From Octopus sinensis (taxonomy: Eukaryota): DNA of 64,000 nucleotides. The stretch covers positions 17,608,001 to 17,672,000 of the forward strand of contig NC_043015.1 in the NCBI RefSeq assembly GCF_006345805.1, written 5' to 3'. Made by a program: the position numbers and the translations under genes. This document shows, piece after piece, positions 1 to 11,624 of the stretch (position 1 is the first letter of the stretch; each line of letters begins with the position of its first letter). The notes under the pieces were generated by a model. That model did no database searches and was not told the DNA's origin. It worked only from the letters and a program-made list of their open reading frames with translations.

Positions 1-38
1 CTTTCATTGATGATAATTATAGGAATGGTTATAATTTA

Positions 39-345
39 AATGCAATTTACCTAGGGTCGACTTCTAATAAAATTAAATTACGGGTGGCTCAACACATGAA
101 TTCTTTTAAGAATAGAAATTTAATTAACTCTACTGACCTTAGTAAATATGTATGGGAACTAAAATCTAAAGATATGAAATACAATTTAAATTGGGAGATA
201 GTTTGTAAGGCAAATATCGAATAGGTAATTTTTGTTTATTATGTGCTAACGAATTTAAGGAGATATTATTAACTAATAATAAAATTTGATAATTCCGAGA
301 CGAACGAAAAACTAAATGTAGACATAAATTAAATTACTTATATAA
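39..345 (+). mobile_element. Decayed Penelope-like element, GIY-YIG endonuclease 3' fragment
   Basis: The frame from 39 reads NAIYLGSTSNKIKLRVAQHMNSFKNRNLINSTDLSKYVWELKSKDMKYNLNWEIVCKA, followed by broken FCLLCANE and KCRH pieces. This parallels the endonuclease encoded in ORF 7119-7751. Confidence 0.75.
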
Positions 346-451
346 TAAGTTTAGCTAATTTGTGTATAAATATAAACCCTGTTTTATTGTTACTAATTGT
401 TGTAGTTATAATTTGTTGTAGTAAAATGCGTATAAATTAGCACGGGATTAT

Positions 452-537
452 ATAATTAGAATAAGTTGAAAATTAGATGTTTATAAAATTAATACATAAT
501 TAGAATAAGTTGAAAATTAGATGTTTATAAAATTAAT
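452..537. repeat. 44-bp tandem duplication (2 copies)
   Basis: ATAATTAGAATAAGTTGAAAATTAGATGTTTATAAAATTAAT starts at 452 and again at 496. Confidence 0.8.
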
Positions 538-1035
538 TAATTAATTAATGAAAATTTATTAAATTATAAAATGTTAGCTTAATTTATGGTTATTATATTA
601 TGTTATGTATTTTACGTATTTAGTATTTAAATTATTTAGACTTTACAATTTTCCAGTTAATGGTATATTAAAGTTATTTTTTTCCCTTATTCTTACAGCT
701 AAAATACATTTGTAACTTTAATAGCTTAAATACATATTTCAATCTATTTATTCTATAAATTTTATTTACGCCATATTTTCATGCGATATATTTCTTATAA
801 ACGTTTTACGTATTACGTTCAAATTTTTAGTTAACGAAAATCTTTCGATAAGATACGTTATATATTTATTTTAAGAAATATTGTTAAATGTTTTTCGATT
901 ATTTATAATTAATACACGTATTTTTCTATATTTATTTGATAACTTAGAAGTCAACTCGTGACCGAATAAGAGCACTTCTTAAACACGTTATGCCTTAGCA
1001 AACGTTCTAAGAGTCCAAGATGTCACTAATGCTTA

Positions 1036-1205
1036 ACAGCCGGTGTTGATGTATTTACGTCCCCGTAACATAGCGGTTCAGCAAACATTAACCGATATAA
1101 TAAGTATCTTTAAAATATAAGTACTGGGATCTATTCATTCTACTAAAAATTCTGCATGCCGGTACCCCAGCATGGCTGCAGTTTAATGACTGAAACAAGT
1201 GACAG
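1036..1205 (+). mobile_element. SINE family A, 3' body fragment
   Basis: Diverged match to the TTTACGTCCCCGT..AGCGGTTCGGCAAA..CAGCATGGCCGCAGTCAAATGACTGAAACAAGT body seen at 10180-10335. Confidence 0.7.
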
Positions 1206-1224
1206 GTAATATATATTGGCGAAT

Positions 1225-1375
1225 GTGACAAGGCTTGCCCTTTGAAATACAGATTAAGCTGAGTGTACGGGAGCAACGTGAAATTTAGGGTTTTGCTCAA
1301 GGACACAATACGCTTCGGGGAATCGAACTCACTACTTTACGGTCATGAACCGAATACCTCAACTACTAAGCCATG
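1225..1375 (-). mobile_element. SINE family B fragment (tRNA-like head)
   Basis: The reverse strand reads GCACATGGCTTAGTAGTTGAGGTATTCGGTTCATGACCG..GAGTTCGATTCCCCG..TGTGTCCTTGAGCAAA (A-box/B-box-like). Similar to 39600-39740. Confidence 0.65.
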
Positions 1376-1384
1376 TGCCCTGTA

Positions 1385-1668
1385 TATATGCTGTTGTTTG
1401 TTCCTTCTCGAGCCATGCCTGGCTCATAAGGGCCGGTTTCCCGGTTTCTTGGCGTACAGGTTCCCCACCTGGATGGGACGCCGGTCCATTGCAGGTGAGC
1501 TGCATGATGCAGGAGAAAAGAGTGAGAGAAAGTTGTGGCGAAAGAGTCAGCAGAAGTTTCGCCATTACCTTCTGCCGGAGCCGCGTGGAGCTTAGATTCT
1601 GAGATTCGAACCCGCGATCCCTCGACCGCGAGTCCGCTGCTCTAACTACCAGGCCATGTGCCTCCACC
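1385..1668 (-). mobile_element. SINE with tRNA-like head
   Basis: The reverse-strand head GCACATGGCCTGGTAGTTAGAGCAGCGGACTCGCGGTCGAGGGATCGCGGGTTCGAATC has A and B boxes. The body is shared with 5500-5600. Confidence 0.6.
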
Positions 1669-1703
1669 TGTATATATGTGTGTGTGTATGTGCGTGTGTG
1701 TGA

Positions 1704-1756
<53 letters not shown>

Positions 1757-1761
<5 letters not shown>

Positions 1762-2010
1762 GGTGACCCCCTTCGTTCAGACACTGACCATGGGTTTGCA
1801 CCTAGAGAGTTACCTTCTGAGGCACAAGTCTGGGCAAGGTTGTTTTATGGAAGACCAGCAGTCGCCCATGCATACCGGCCTCCCCTCTCCACGCCACCAG
1901 TGTTATCCAAGGGAAAGGCAACGGCCGATACAGCTTGGCACCTGTGACGTCGCAACTCATTTCTACAGCTGAGTGAACTGGAACAACGTGAAATAAAGAC
2001 ACAACACGCA
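1757..2010 (-). mobile_element. SINE family B copy
   Basis: Reverse complement of the 3' part of the copy at 5740-5925 (CAATTCCATGG/CTGACCGAAGG end; CCTTTCCCTTGGATAACA core). Confidence 0.7.
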
Positions 2011-2014
2011 GCCC

Positions 2015-2047
<33 letters not shown>

Positions 2048-2048
<1 letters not shown>

Positions 2049-2682
2049 TAGCAGTATCGCCCGGCGTTGCTCGGGTTTGTAAGGGAAATAACTATATAAG
2101 CATTTTTAGAGAGTTATAGCCAAAAAATAGCAAAAAATGCATTAAAAATGGAAAAAATATGATGGTAATTTTTTTTTAAATCGTTGACTCATCGTAGACA
2201 TTTTTAGAGAGTTACTTCCCTTATATAATAGCGAAAAAATGCATTAAAATGGAAAAAAACGATGGTAATTTTTTTTTTAAATCGTAGACTCATGTAGACG
2301 CTTTCTTAGCCATTTCTGTTTTGGTGTCTTCAAGCCATGAAGTCGTTGTTCTAAAAGAACACTTGTCTCCTTGACAACGCATTACGACGTTGATTTCCTT
2401 ACACTCCCTTCCCCACAGGTGCAGGTGTGAGCGTGGACGCCAACTCCGCCGCCATCGACACACGAAAAATTATGCATTAAAATGGAATAAAAAATTATAT
2501 TAAATTATTTTAAAAATCGTAGACTCATCGTAGACGCGCGCTAATATTCAGACGGGCTCGATATGAATCACGACTATAAGCTACCCGAATTTGGTTAAAC
2601 TGCACCGCAAAATGTGGGAGTAGTTAGGAATCTAAATCGAAGGGGACAGACACTCACACAACTACAGTTTTATATATATAGA
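2048..2682 (-). mobile_element. Non-autonomous Helitron-like element
   Basis: The minus strand begins TCTATATATATAAAACTG and ends with the hairpin CCCGAGCAACGCCGGG followed by ATACTGCTAG. It sits between A and T with no TSD. Confidence 0.7.
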
Positions 2683-2734
2683 TATACATAGCGCAGTAGT
2701 GGTGAGATGTGACAGCAAAGAAAAGCATACATTC

Positions 2735-3010
2735 ACTCTCTGCATGCAATTAGACTCGGAAAGTTCGTGAGGAACCCATTGACCCAATTTGCTGACTTTT
2801 CCGATAGCACACAGGTCTCAATGAATGGTTGAATGACCAAATCCAAGCTTCTCTGCTAGTTCCTCAACAGTTACGATGAGATTTTGTTCCACCAGGGTTT
2901 TCAGGATGTCCTTGTCGAGTTCTACAGATCTTTCAGGATGAGGCTCGTCTTCTAAGCTGTAGTTTATGGCTCGGGATTTCTGGAACCACCATTGACATTG
3001 CCTTACGCTT
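2735..3010 (-). mobile_element. Mariner transposase N-terminal fragment
   Basis: Reads VYGDWTISVRQCQWWFQKSRAINYSLEDEPHPERSVELDKDILKTLVEQNLIVTVEELAEKLG, then after a stop KLGQWVPHELS (the mariner WVPHEL motif). Confidence 0.8.
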
Positions 3011-3118
3011 ATTGTCCAATCCCCATATACTGCATTAATATTTCTTGTACTTTGCACACATTTATATTCTGTTATTCTTTTATATGTTTCAGCCTTGAGG
3101 TTGTGGCCATGCTGGATC

Positions 3119-3415
3119 ATGTGTGTGTGTGTGTGTGTGTGTCTATCTGTCTGTCTGTATGTATGTATATATGTATATGTATGTGTGTGAACAATAATAT
3201 TTTCAACAGATGTGTTGCAAATGTATCTGATTGTTCTCAAGCTTCAATACTGTGTATGTGTGTGTGTGTATGTATGTATGTATATGTATGTATGTATATG
3301 TATGTATGTATGTATATGTATGTGTGTATGTATGTATGTGTGTGTGTATGTATGTGTGTGTGTATGTGTGTGTGTGTATGTATGTATGTATGTATGTATG
3401 TATGTATGTATGTAT
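3119..3415. repeat. Compound microsatellite (GT)n/(GTAT)n
   Basis: Direct reading of the sequence. Confidence 0.9.
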
Positions 3416-3879
3416 GAGTGTATGTTTACTTTATTACTAACACAAGCCACTACGGTTATTTAATGAAAGTCTTCCTCAAATCACTCTCTCTCTCGCTATT
3501 TTCACTCACTCTTAGCTCTTAGCTTCCCATACATTTTACTCATGTATCTATCAGCGTCATAGACAGAATACTTTCAGTTTAGTCTTCCTCAAATCACTCT
3601 GTCGCTATTTACTTTCATTTTATTCGTTGCCCACTGTGTGTGTGCGTTTGCGTGTGGTGTAAACCAGACTAAGAAAAGCATTTGACACACACACCAGAAT
3701 GTGAGTTTTCTGTAAATTTTGCTTAATTGGAGTTTAAATTTTAAAAACTGGACCTGGCATGACGCGATGCATTGTACTCTTAAAAATGCTAGGTAAATTG
3801 TAATTGAAGAAATCCTATATTGTAGATTTGTATAACTCCCAAAGGGAGGCAGATAAAATCTGCCTTTTATAATAAGAGA

Positions 3880-3927
3880 TATATATATATATATATGTAT
3901 GTATGTGTGCGTGTATATATGTATGTA

Positions 3928-4021
<94 letters not shown>

Positions 4022-4023
4022 GT

Positions 4024-4085
<62 letters not shown>
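3880..4085. repeat. Compound microsatellite (AT)n(AG)n(GT)n
   Basis: Direct reading of the sequence. Confidence 0.9.
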
Positions 4086-4302
4086 TTCATTTATAATGAA
4101 TATATATAGATATGCATATATTATACATATATGTTTATACTCATTTATGCATATGTAATATTTTGGATTAATGGGTATATGTCAGTTAGTTTACAAATGT
4201 GTTGAGCAAAGCACTGTCACGGTTTTGGGCTATCTGATGTCATCCGCAGTTGGAATATATTTCTGTTGCATCTACTTCGGGAATTCTTCAGTGTTAGTTG
4301 AG

Positions 4303-4456
4303 ATAATTATCGATTAAGTAAACAAGATGGATTTGGTATAAATCTTTATTTTGTCCGAGATCGTTTCGACTCATCCTATCCTGCGACTGCTCTTTATGAG
4401 TGGGATGCTGCGCATCATATTGTCTTGCATCCATTTTGCAGTCTGGGTCACATCAG
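4303..4456 (+). CDS. Candidate internal exon of an unidentified host gene
   Basis: Non-repetitive island with open frame NYRLSKQDGFGINLYFVRDRFDSSYPATALYEWDAAHHIVLHPFCSLGHI(R). AG at 4301-4302 and donor AG|GTACAT at 4457. No family recognised. Confidence 0.3.
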
Positions 4457-4577
4457 GTACATAAAGTGGTGTCTCGCTTGAGTTTGGGCGGTTATGTTGA
4501 TATTTGCCTGCTTCAATTAGGGAATATATGCATGTTTGTAAAGTATGTAAATATGTATAAATATATATGTACATAAG

Positions 4578-4583
4578 TGTGTC

Positions 4584-4630
<47 letters not shown>

Positions 4631-4654
4631 GTCTGTCTGTCTGTCTGTCTGTCT

Positions 4655-4698
<44 letters not shown>

Positions 4699-4800
4699 TC
4701 TGTCTGTCTGTCTTTCTGTCTGTCTGTCTGTCTGTCTGTCTGCCTGTCTGTCTGCCAGTCTGTCTGTCTGTTTGTCTGTGCGTCTCTCTCTCTGTCTCTC
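4578..4800. repeat. Tetranucleotide microsatellite (ATCT)n(GTCT)n
   Basis: Direct reading of the sequence. Confidence 0.9.
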
Positions 4801-4873
4801 TCGCCACTACACATATTTCTTCCTCTCCTTGCTTTTTTCTCTCCTTGTTTCTCTTCTTGTTTTTTCTGTGTCC

Positions 4874-4909
4874 CTTTCTGTAGAAGAGCGTAGGCTCGAA
4901 ACGTAAAAG
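4874..4909 (+). ncRNA. Minimal type I hammerhead-like motif with variant core
   Basis: CTTT-CTGTAGA-A-GAGC(GTAG)GCTC-GAAA-CG-TA-AAAG. Helix I CTTT/AAAG, helix II GAGC/GCTC, palindromic ACGT helix III. The core has A6-to-U and one extra A. Confidence 0.45.
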
Positions 4910-4994
4910 ACTTTTTCTATTCGTGAGCGTTATACTAATACATCTGTTTGTTTTGTACACCACCTGTCTTTGTCTTTTGTTTTTTTCGTAAACT

Positions 4995-5032
<38 letters not shown>

Positions 5033-5094
5033 ATAAAAATGGTAAGACAACAAAAGAATGAAAGAGACCTCGATATTATGTAAGTAGAGAAATT

Positions 5095-5240
5095 TATCTG
5101 TAAATTTAATATGTGACAGTTGTTCGGTAGCCGTGGTGAAACTCCGAGTTTCGGATGGCGGATAACTAAAGAGATGGCGGCGTTCGAAACTCGGAGTTTT
5201 GTCATGGCTGCCGAGTGGTTGTCACATATTACATTTACAG

Positions 5241-5243
<3 letters not shown>
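5095..5243 (+). repeat. 63-bp foldback (inverted pLTR-like end) with G-U-biased mismatches
   Basis: 5095-5157 pairs with 5181-5243: 50 WC pairs, 12 G-U pairs, 1 mismatch. The right arm is homologous to the Penelope-like 3' end at 7985-8033. Confidence 0.9.
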
Positions 5244-5272
<29 letters not shown>

Positions 5273-5337
5273 ATGTGTGTGCGTGTGTGTGTGTATACAT
5301 ATATATGCATATATATATATGTGTGTGTGTGTGTATG

Positions 5338-5925
<588 letters not shown>

Positions 5926-6360
5926 ACAATATAGTATAAGTTAAGTACATTTATTCTATTATTATCATTTTTTTATTAGTATTATTATATGTGTGAGTAT
6001 ATTTTTAAATAGAATTCCTTTTAGATCGATTTAATTTTAAATCGAATTGATTTTATTATTATTATCTATTTGAAAATATAGCCACGAAACGCGCATAATC
6101 TGTTTTTTCTACTATTTACTATGTACTTTATTGATTTTTAGAATAAGGTTTTTTTATAGTATATGTTTTCTATATTGGTGTGAATAACATCTTTCTTTAT
6201 TGAATTGTTTAATAGAAGTTTTTCTCTAAGTTATATACATATTATATATTGTGAAATTTGATTTAAAATTGTTAAATTGAATTTTTCCCTGTAAGTTTTG
6301 GAAGTATATTCCCTACTATTATTATTATATATACATATATATATTATATAATAAATATAT

Positions 6361-6410
<50 letters not shown>

Positions 6411-6412
<2 letters not shown>

Positions 6413-8032
6413 ATATATTTATTTAACTATCTCTAAAGAACTGCTAGATAAAGCCTTCATCTTCGCTAGCGACTTCATAGAAATTAGTACCAATGATAAG
6501 GACATAATCTTCCATGCTAGAAAGACCTTACTTTTCAGTGAGAACGCAAAGTGGGTAAAAAAACACCGACACAGAGGGCGCTTTCGATGTGAGCATGGGT
6601 TCATATGATGGGGCAGGCATCTGCGATCTAATTGGACTTTTTCTCCTAGATACCTTAGGTAAGACATTCCCTAACGTACATTTCGCCATCTACAAAGATG
6701 ATGCAAATGGACCAGCACAAGATCGTTTTAGGAAGGATATTATCCAGTTAATGAAATACTTCGGACTTAGTATAACTATAGATACTAACCTGACGGTTGT
6801 CAATTTATTAGACGTTTCCTTAGATCTTAATAAGAATATTTATAAGCCTTATAGGAAGCCCAATAATAGACTAAGTTATATTAATGTAGGTTCATGCCAT
6901 CCCCCTATAGTATTCAAAAATTTAGTTAAAAATATTAGTAAGAGGATTTCTAGCCTCTCCTCTGATAAGGACATCTTCAATAGCGTTGCCCCAGTTTATA
7001 ATAAGATAGTGGTTTTAGCGAAAAAATAAAATATACACCCATTACTAGCCCAACAGTAAGGAAAAGGAATAATAGAAATAGGAAGGTCATCTGGTTTACG
7101 CCCCCTTACTCACCCGAGGTGGCCTTCAATATAGGTAAATATTTCCTAGCACTGATAGATAGACATTTTCCAGTTAACCATACTTATAGGAAACTCTTCA
7201 ATAGACACAATTTTAAAATTAGTTTCAGTTCCACTATCAATTTTAAAAACATAATCAAACATAACATACAAAAAACACAACAAGAAAACAGCTGTTCATG
7301 CAGGAATAAAGAATTGTGCCCGCTAAATGGAGCTTGCATGTCCAAGACCATCATATATGAAGCTACCGTAAACCCTATAACCACTAAAGACACCGTTTCG
7401 ACGAAGAAATACGTGGGCCTTACAGAGGGTAACTTCAAGGCCAGGTTTAATAACCACACTTTGAGCTTTAGGCACTGGAACAAAAGAAAAGCGACACAAT
7501 TATCTAATCATATTTGGTCTTTAAGAGATAAAGGTGTCGATTATAACATACATTGGAAGATTTTGGCCAGATGTAAGCCCTATACCAACGGCAGCGGAAG
7601 GTGCGGTCTATGCGACATGGAGAGATGGCTCATCTGGAAAAGCAGCTTAGACCCTACTACATGTCTAAACACAAGGACAGAGCTTTTTGGATCATGCCCA
7701 CATGTGACTAAATTTCTGTTACGTTTTTGGTCCCCTAAAGAAAACAGATAGAACATGCTTTCTATGTTATGTCCCAAGAAGATTTTATATATTTTTATAT
7801 ATTTTTTAATATATTTTTTATGCATTTTTATATAATTTTTATGACGAAAAATGCGAGCGATGTATAAGTACGCAGGCAAGCAGAGTTATAACAGAGTAAT
7901 TTCCCTATGTTTAACGGTATTTTTTCATAGCGTTTTCAAATAGCCAGATAACCGAAGAGATGGTGTTGTGGATTTCCACTTCGGCATCTGAAACTCAGAG
8001 TTTTATCTTGACTATCGAGTAATGTAACATAT

Positions 8033-8035
<3 letters not shown>
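6411..8035 (+). mobile_element. 5'-truncated Penelope-like element (RT plus C-terminal GIY-YIG), frameshifted, in an (AT)n tract
   Basis: RT motifs MGSYDGAGICDLIG and IYKDD. Linker CSCRNKELCPLNGAC (CxCx5C). Endonuclease IIYEATV..KYVGLTEGNFKARFNNH..RCGLC. (AT)n on both sides. Confidence 0.9.
7946..8008 (+). ncRNA. Type I hammerhead ribozyme motif in the Penelope-like 3' pLTR (degenerate core)
   Basis: AGATAA-CCGAAGA-GATG..CATC(T)-GAAA-CTCAGAG-TT-TTATCT. Helix I is 6 bp and helix III is near-palindromic. U4-to-C substitution in the core. Confidence 0.6.
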
Positions 8036-8084
<49 letters not shown>

Positions 8085-8169
8085 CATGGCCACAGCTTGT
8101 GAGCTGAAGCTAGATAAATAAAAAAAATACATACATATACATATATCATAAATATTTATATATATATAT

Positions 8170-8345
8170 ACACCTTTTAACTTGTTTCAGTTATCAGATT
8201 GTGGCCATGCTAGGCCTTTAGTCAAACAAATCGATCCCAGGACTTATTTTTATTTAGTACCTGGTACTTATTCTATCGGTTCTTTTTGCTGAACCGCTGG
8301 TTGACAGCGACGTATACAAATCAGCACTGGTTGTCAAGCGGTGTT
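8170..8345 (-). mobile_element. SINE family A 3' fragment
   Basis: Reverse-complement match to 10170-10325. Confidence 0.65.
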
Positions 8346-8350
8346 GGGGT

Positions 8351-9894
8351 AGTGTGGGTTTATTGCAGCTCCACACAACCAACAGCAACCACTCTGTCTA
8401 CTCTGTGAAAAGACTTTTACAAATGAAACGATGAAACCATCGAGTCTTCAAGAACACTTGAATAAAATGCATCCTGATAGAGCAGAAAAAAAATTTGAAT
8501 TATTTTCAATCCCTTAAAAATAATTTTCACATGAGAAAAACAATAAGAAGTTTTTTCCCCAGTTCATCCAGTCAATCTAATGATGGTTTACGCGCTTCTT
8601 ATAACATATCACTTCTTATTGCAAAGTCCGGCAAACCTCACACTAAGGGAACAGCTGTAAAAGAAGTCCTGAAGACGGTGCTACACAAGGCATCAGAGCC
8701 AATTATCAAAGGTATTCCTCTAAGTAATAGCTCTGTCCAGAGAAGAGTTGATGAAATGGCAGAAGTCGTCGAAGACCAACTCTGCACAATTCTGAAGAAA
8801 GCAGAATTCAGCTTGCCGTTCGACGAGTTTACTTTCCCAGGTTATGATTCCCTCCTCGCATATGTTCGTTTTCTGAAAGAGGAAAGTTTATGCCAAGAAC
8901 TGCTCTTTTCCAGACTATTGGAAACTAATAGCGAGGGTGAATCCATTTTCAATGTTGTCAAGAGCTTTATTGACAAAAAGGACATCCCACTGAATAATAT
9001 TGTAGCTTGTGCAACTGATGGTGCACCATCGATGACTGATTGTCATCGCGGCTTCATCAGTTATCTCAAAGTCAGTTCACCTGATATCTTCACGATGCTC
9101 TGCGTGATCTACCGACATCTTGTTGCACGAAACCTCAGAAGTCGTCTTCACGATTTCCTAAACACGGTCATCACTGCCGGAAATAAAATCTCATGCTCAA
9201 AACTCTCGCCTATTTCAACAGCTTTGCTTCGAAAACGACGAAGACTTTCAAAACTTGCTGCTCCAAACAGAAGTGAGGTGGTTATCACAGGGAATTGTGT
9301 GACACACTTTCATGCTTTGTTTGATTCAGTTCTTTGATACCACCGTCCCAGAACTGTGTGAGGCTTAAAAGTATAAAAAAGATATTGCATACTTGTCTTG
9401 ACTTATTCACTAAATTCAACGAAGTGAATAAGCAGCTGCAAGGAGATGGTGTTAATCTCACCCAAGTTAAGACAACCATCTCAACATTTCAAGCCAAACT
9501 TGTTATGTATAAGCGCAATATTGGACGCAGGGAGTCTTTCTAGTTCCCTTGCTTGTCTAGTTTTGAAAAGGACAGAAAACTTGCAGACGAGGATATGCTT
9601 GTCTTTTGCTCCCACCTTACTGAACTGCAGGAAGATATGGAGCGTCGATTTCATGATCTGTTTGCTCTTCGAGTTCCTGACTGGATTGTCAACCCCTTCA
9701 TTGACATCGTTGAAGAAGAGAGTGGAGAGTTAGAAGAAGAGCTGATAACCCATCAAAATGATAATGAATTGGAGCCTAAATTCCGCAAGTGTGATCAAGA
9801 ATCTTACCTTCAAAAAGCTATGCGTGACCGCTATCCGGAGCTTTGGAAGAAAGTCAAATTATTTTTCATTGCCTTTCCAACATCTCATTTTTAG
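8351..9894 (+). pseudogene. hAT (Buster/Charlie-like) transposase pseudogene
   Basis: Zinc-finger piece PLCLLCEKTFTNETMKPSSLQEHLNKMH, then LRASYNISLLIAKSGKPHT, IPLSNSSVQRR, CATDGAPSM, LQGDGVNL and a C-terminal LFFIAFPTS. Several frameshifts and stops. Confidence 0.85.
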
Positions 9895-9952
9895 GAGGGG
9901 GTGGGGTGAGGAATTTCGACAAATTCACATACATATATATATATATATATAT

Positions 9953-10333
9953 ATTGTGTGGTAAGTAGCTTGCTAACCAACCACATGGTTCCGGATTCAG
10001 TCTCACTGCGTGGCATCTTGGGCAAGTGTCTTCTGCTATAGCCCCAGGCCAACCAATGCCTTGTGAGTGGATTTGGTAGACGGAAACTGAAAGAAGCCTG
10101 TCGTATATATGTATATATATGTATGTGTGTGTGTCTGTGTTTGACCCCCTAGCATTGCTTGACAACCGATGCTGGTGTTTACGTCCCCGTCACTTAGAGG
10201 TTCGGCAAAAGAGACCGATAGAATAAGTACTGGGCTTATAAAGAATAAGTCCCGGGGTCGATTTGCTCGACTAAAGGTGGTGCTCCAGCATGGCCGCAGT
10301 CAAATGACTGAAACAAGTAAAAGAGTAAAAGAG

Positions 10334-10335
<2 letters not shown>
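9953..10335 (+). mobile_element. SINE family A, near full length
   Basis: tRNA-like head TGTGTGGTAAGTAGCTTGCTAACCAACCACATGGTTCCGGATTCAGTC, internal microsatellite, tail GAAACAAGTAAAAGAGTAAAAGAG. Confidence 0.8.
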
Positions 10336-10388
<53 letters not shown>

Positions 10389-11169
10389 TATTATATTATA
10401 TTATATTATATTATATTATATTATATATATATATATTATATTATATCATATTATATTATATTATATTATATTATATTATATCATATATGTATATATGTAA
10501 TTAAAAAGTTCAAACGGGGAATTATTTCATTCAGTATCATGTTTATTATAGAGATTATGTAACAAATTATACTTTAACTGTGCGTGTATATTCATTACTT
10601 TTGTTTCTGGTGTCTTCTGCCTCTCTATCAGAAACGTTTATCTATTAATTTACTTAAAGTGGGGAAAAAATCGTACGCAACAGATAAGTCCCTTAGCCAT
10701 TATTTTTAGCATAATGAGTTTTCTAGTGAGGGCTTCATTTGCCTTCATTGCCTGTTTCTTGCTTCAGTAGAAATCTACGGATGCACAAATGCGTAAAACG
10801 GAGAAAATGAAACAAATATGGACGACTTGTTCCGAAACACCTCCGAATGGGGAATAGTTCTCAAAAATAACCCCCAATTTTCTCGGAATCTACACAGGCT
10901 GAGGTATATTTGTAGAGGATTTCATTTAAAAAATATCCATTTTCTTGAAAGTTAAGACGAATTGAAGTGGACTCCGATGAATTTGCCGAAATCTGTAGTT
11001 ATGCCCGTTTTTCTTCTAGCGAACCTACTTGCAGTAGATCTTCTTTGTTATAGTTTGTTTTGAGTTTAAAAGTTCAAAGTGGACTAAACCTTTCATATCC
11101 CACCAAACAGATAATAACACCTAACGTGCTTCTTATTCGGATATATGATACATTGACATTATATATATA

Positions 11170-11546
11170 TACTCTTTTACTCTTTACTCTTTTACTTGTT
11201 TCAGTCATTTGACTGCGGCCATGCTGGAGCACCACCTTTTAGTACTTATTCTATCGGTCTCTTTTTGCCGAACCGCTAAGTGACGGGGACCTAAACACAC
11301 CAGCATCGGTTGTCAAGCAATGCTAGGGGGACAAACACAGACACACAAACACACACACATATACATATATATACATATATACGACAGGCTTCTTTCAGTT
11401 TCCGTCTACCAAATCCACTCACAAGGCATTGGTCGGCCCGGGGCTATAGCAGAAGACACTTGCCCAAGATGCCACGCAGTGGGACTGAACACGCAACTGT
11501 GTGGTTGGTTGGCAAGCTACTTACCACACAGCCACTCCTGCGCCTA
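11170..11546 (-). mobile_element. SINE family A, near full length
   Basis: Reverse complement of the family at 9953-10335, with head GCGCAGGAGTGGCTGTGTGGTAAGTAGC. Confidence 0.8.
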
Positions 11547-11549
11547 ATA

Positions 11550-11623
<74 letters not shown>

Positions 11624-11624
11624 T

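Noticed and set aside
938-993. Hammerhead-like remnant (CTTAGAAGT..ACTTCTTAAACACGTT) downstream of the first Penelope-like fragment
   Set aside because: Both core segments are mutated; it cannot be supported without a consensus.
6411-7751. Selenoprotein-type recoding as in Naiad elements
   Set aside because: The endonuclease is C-terminal, and the breaks are frameshifts and ordinary stops rather than in-frame TGA at cysteine positions.
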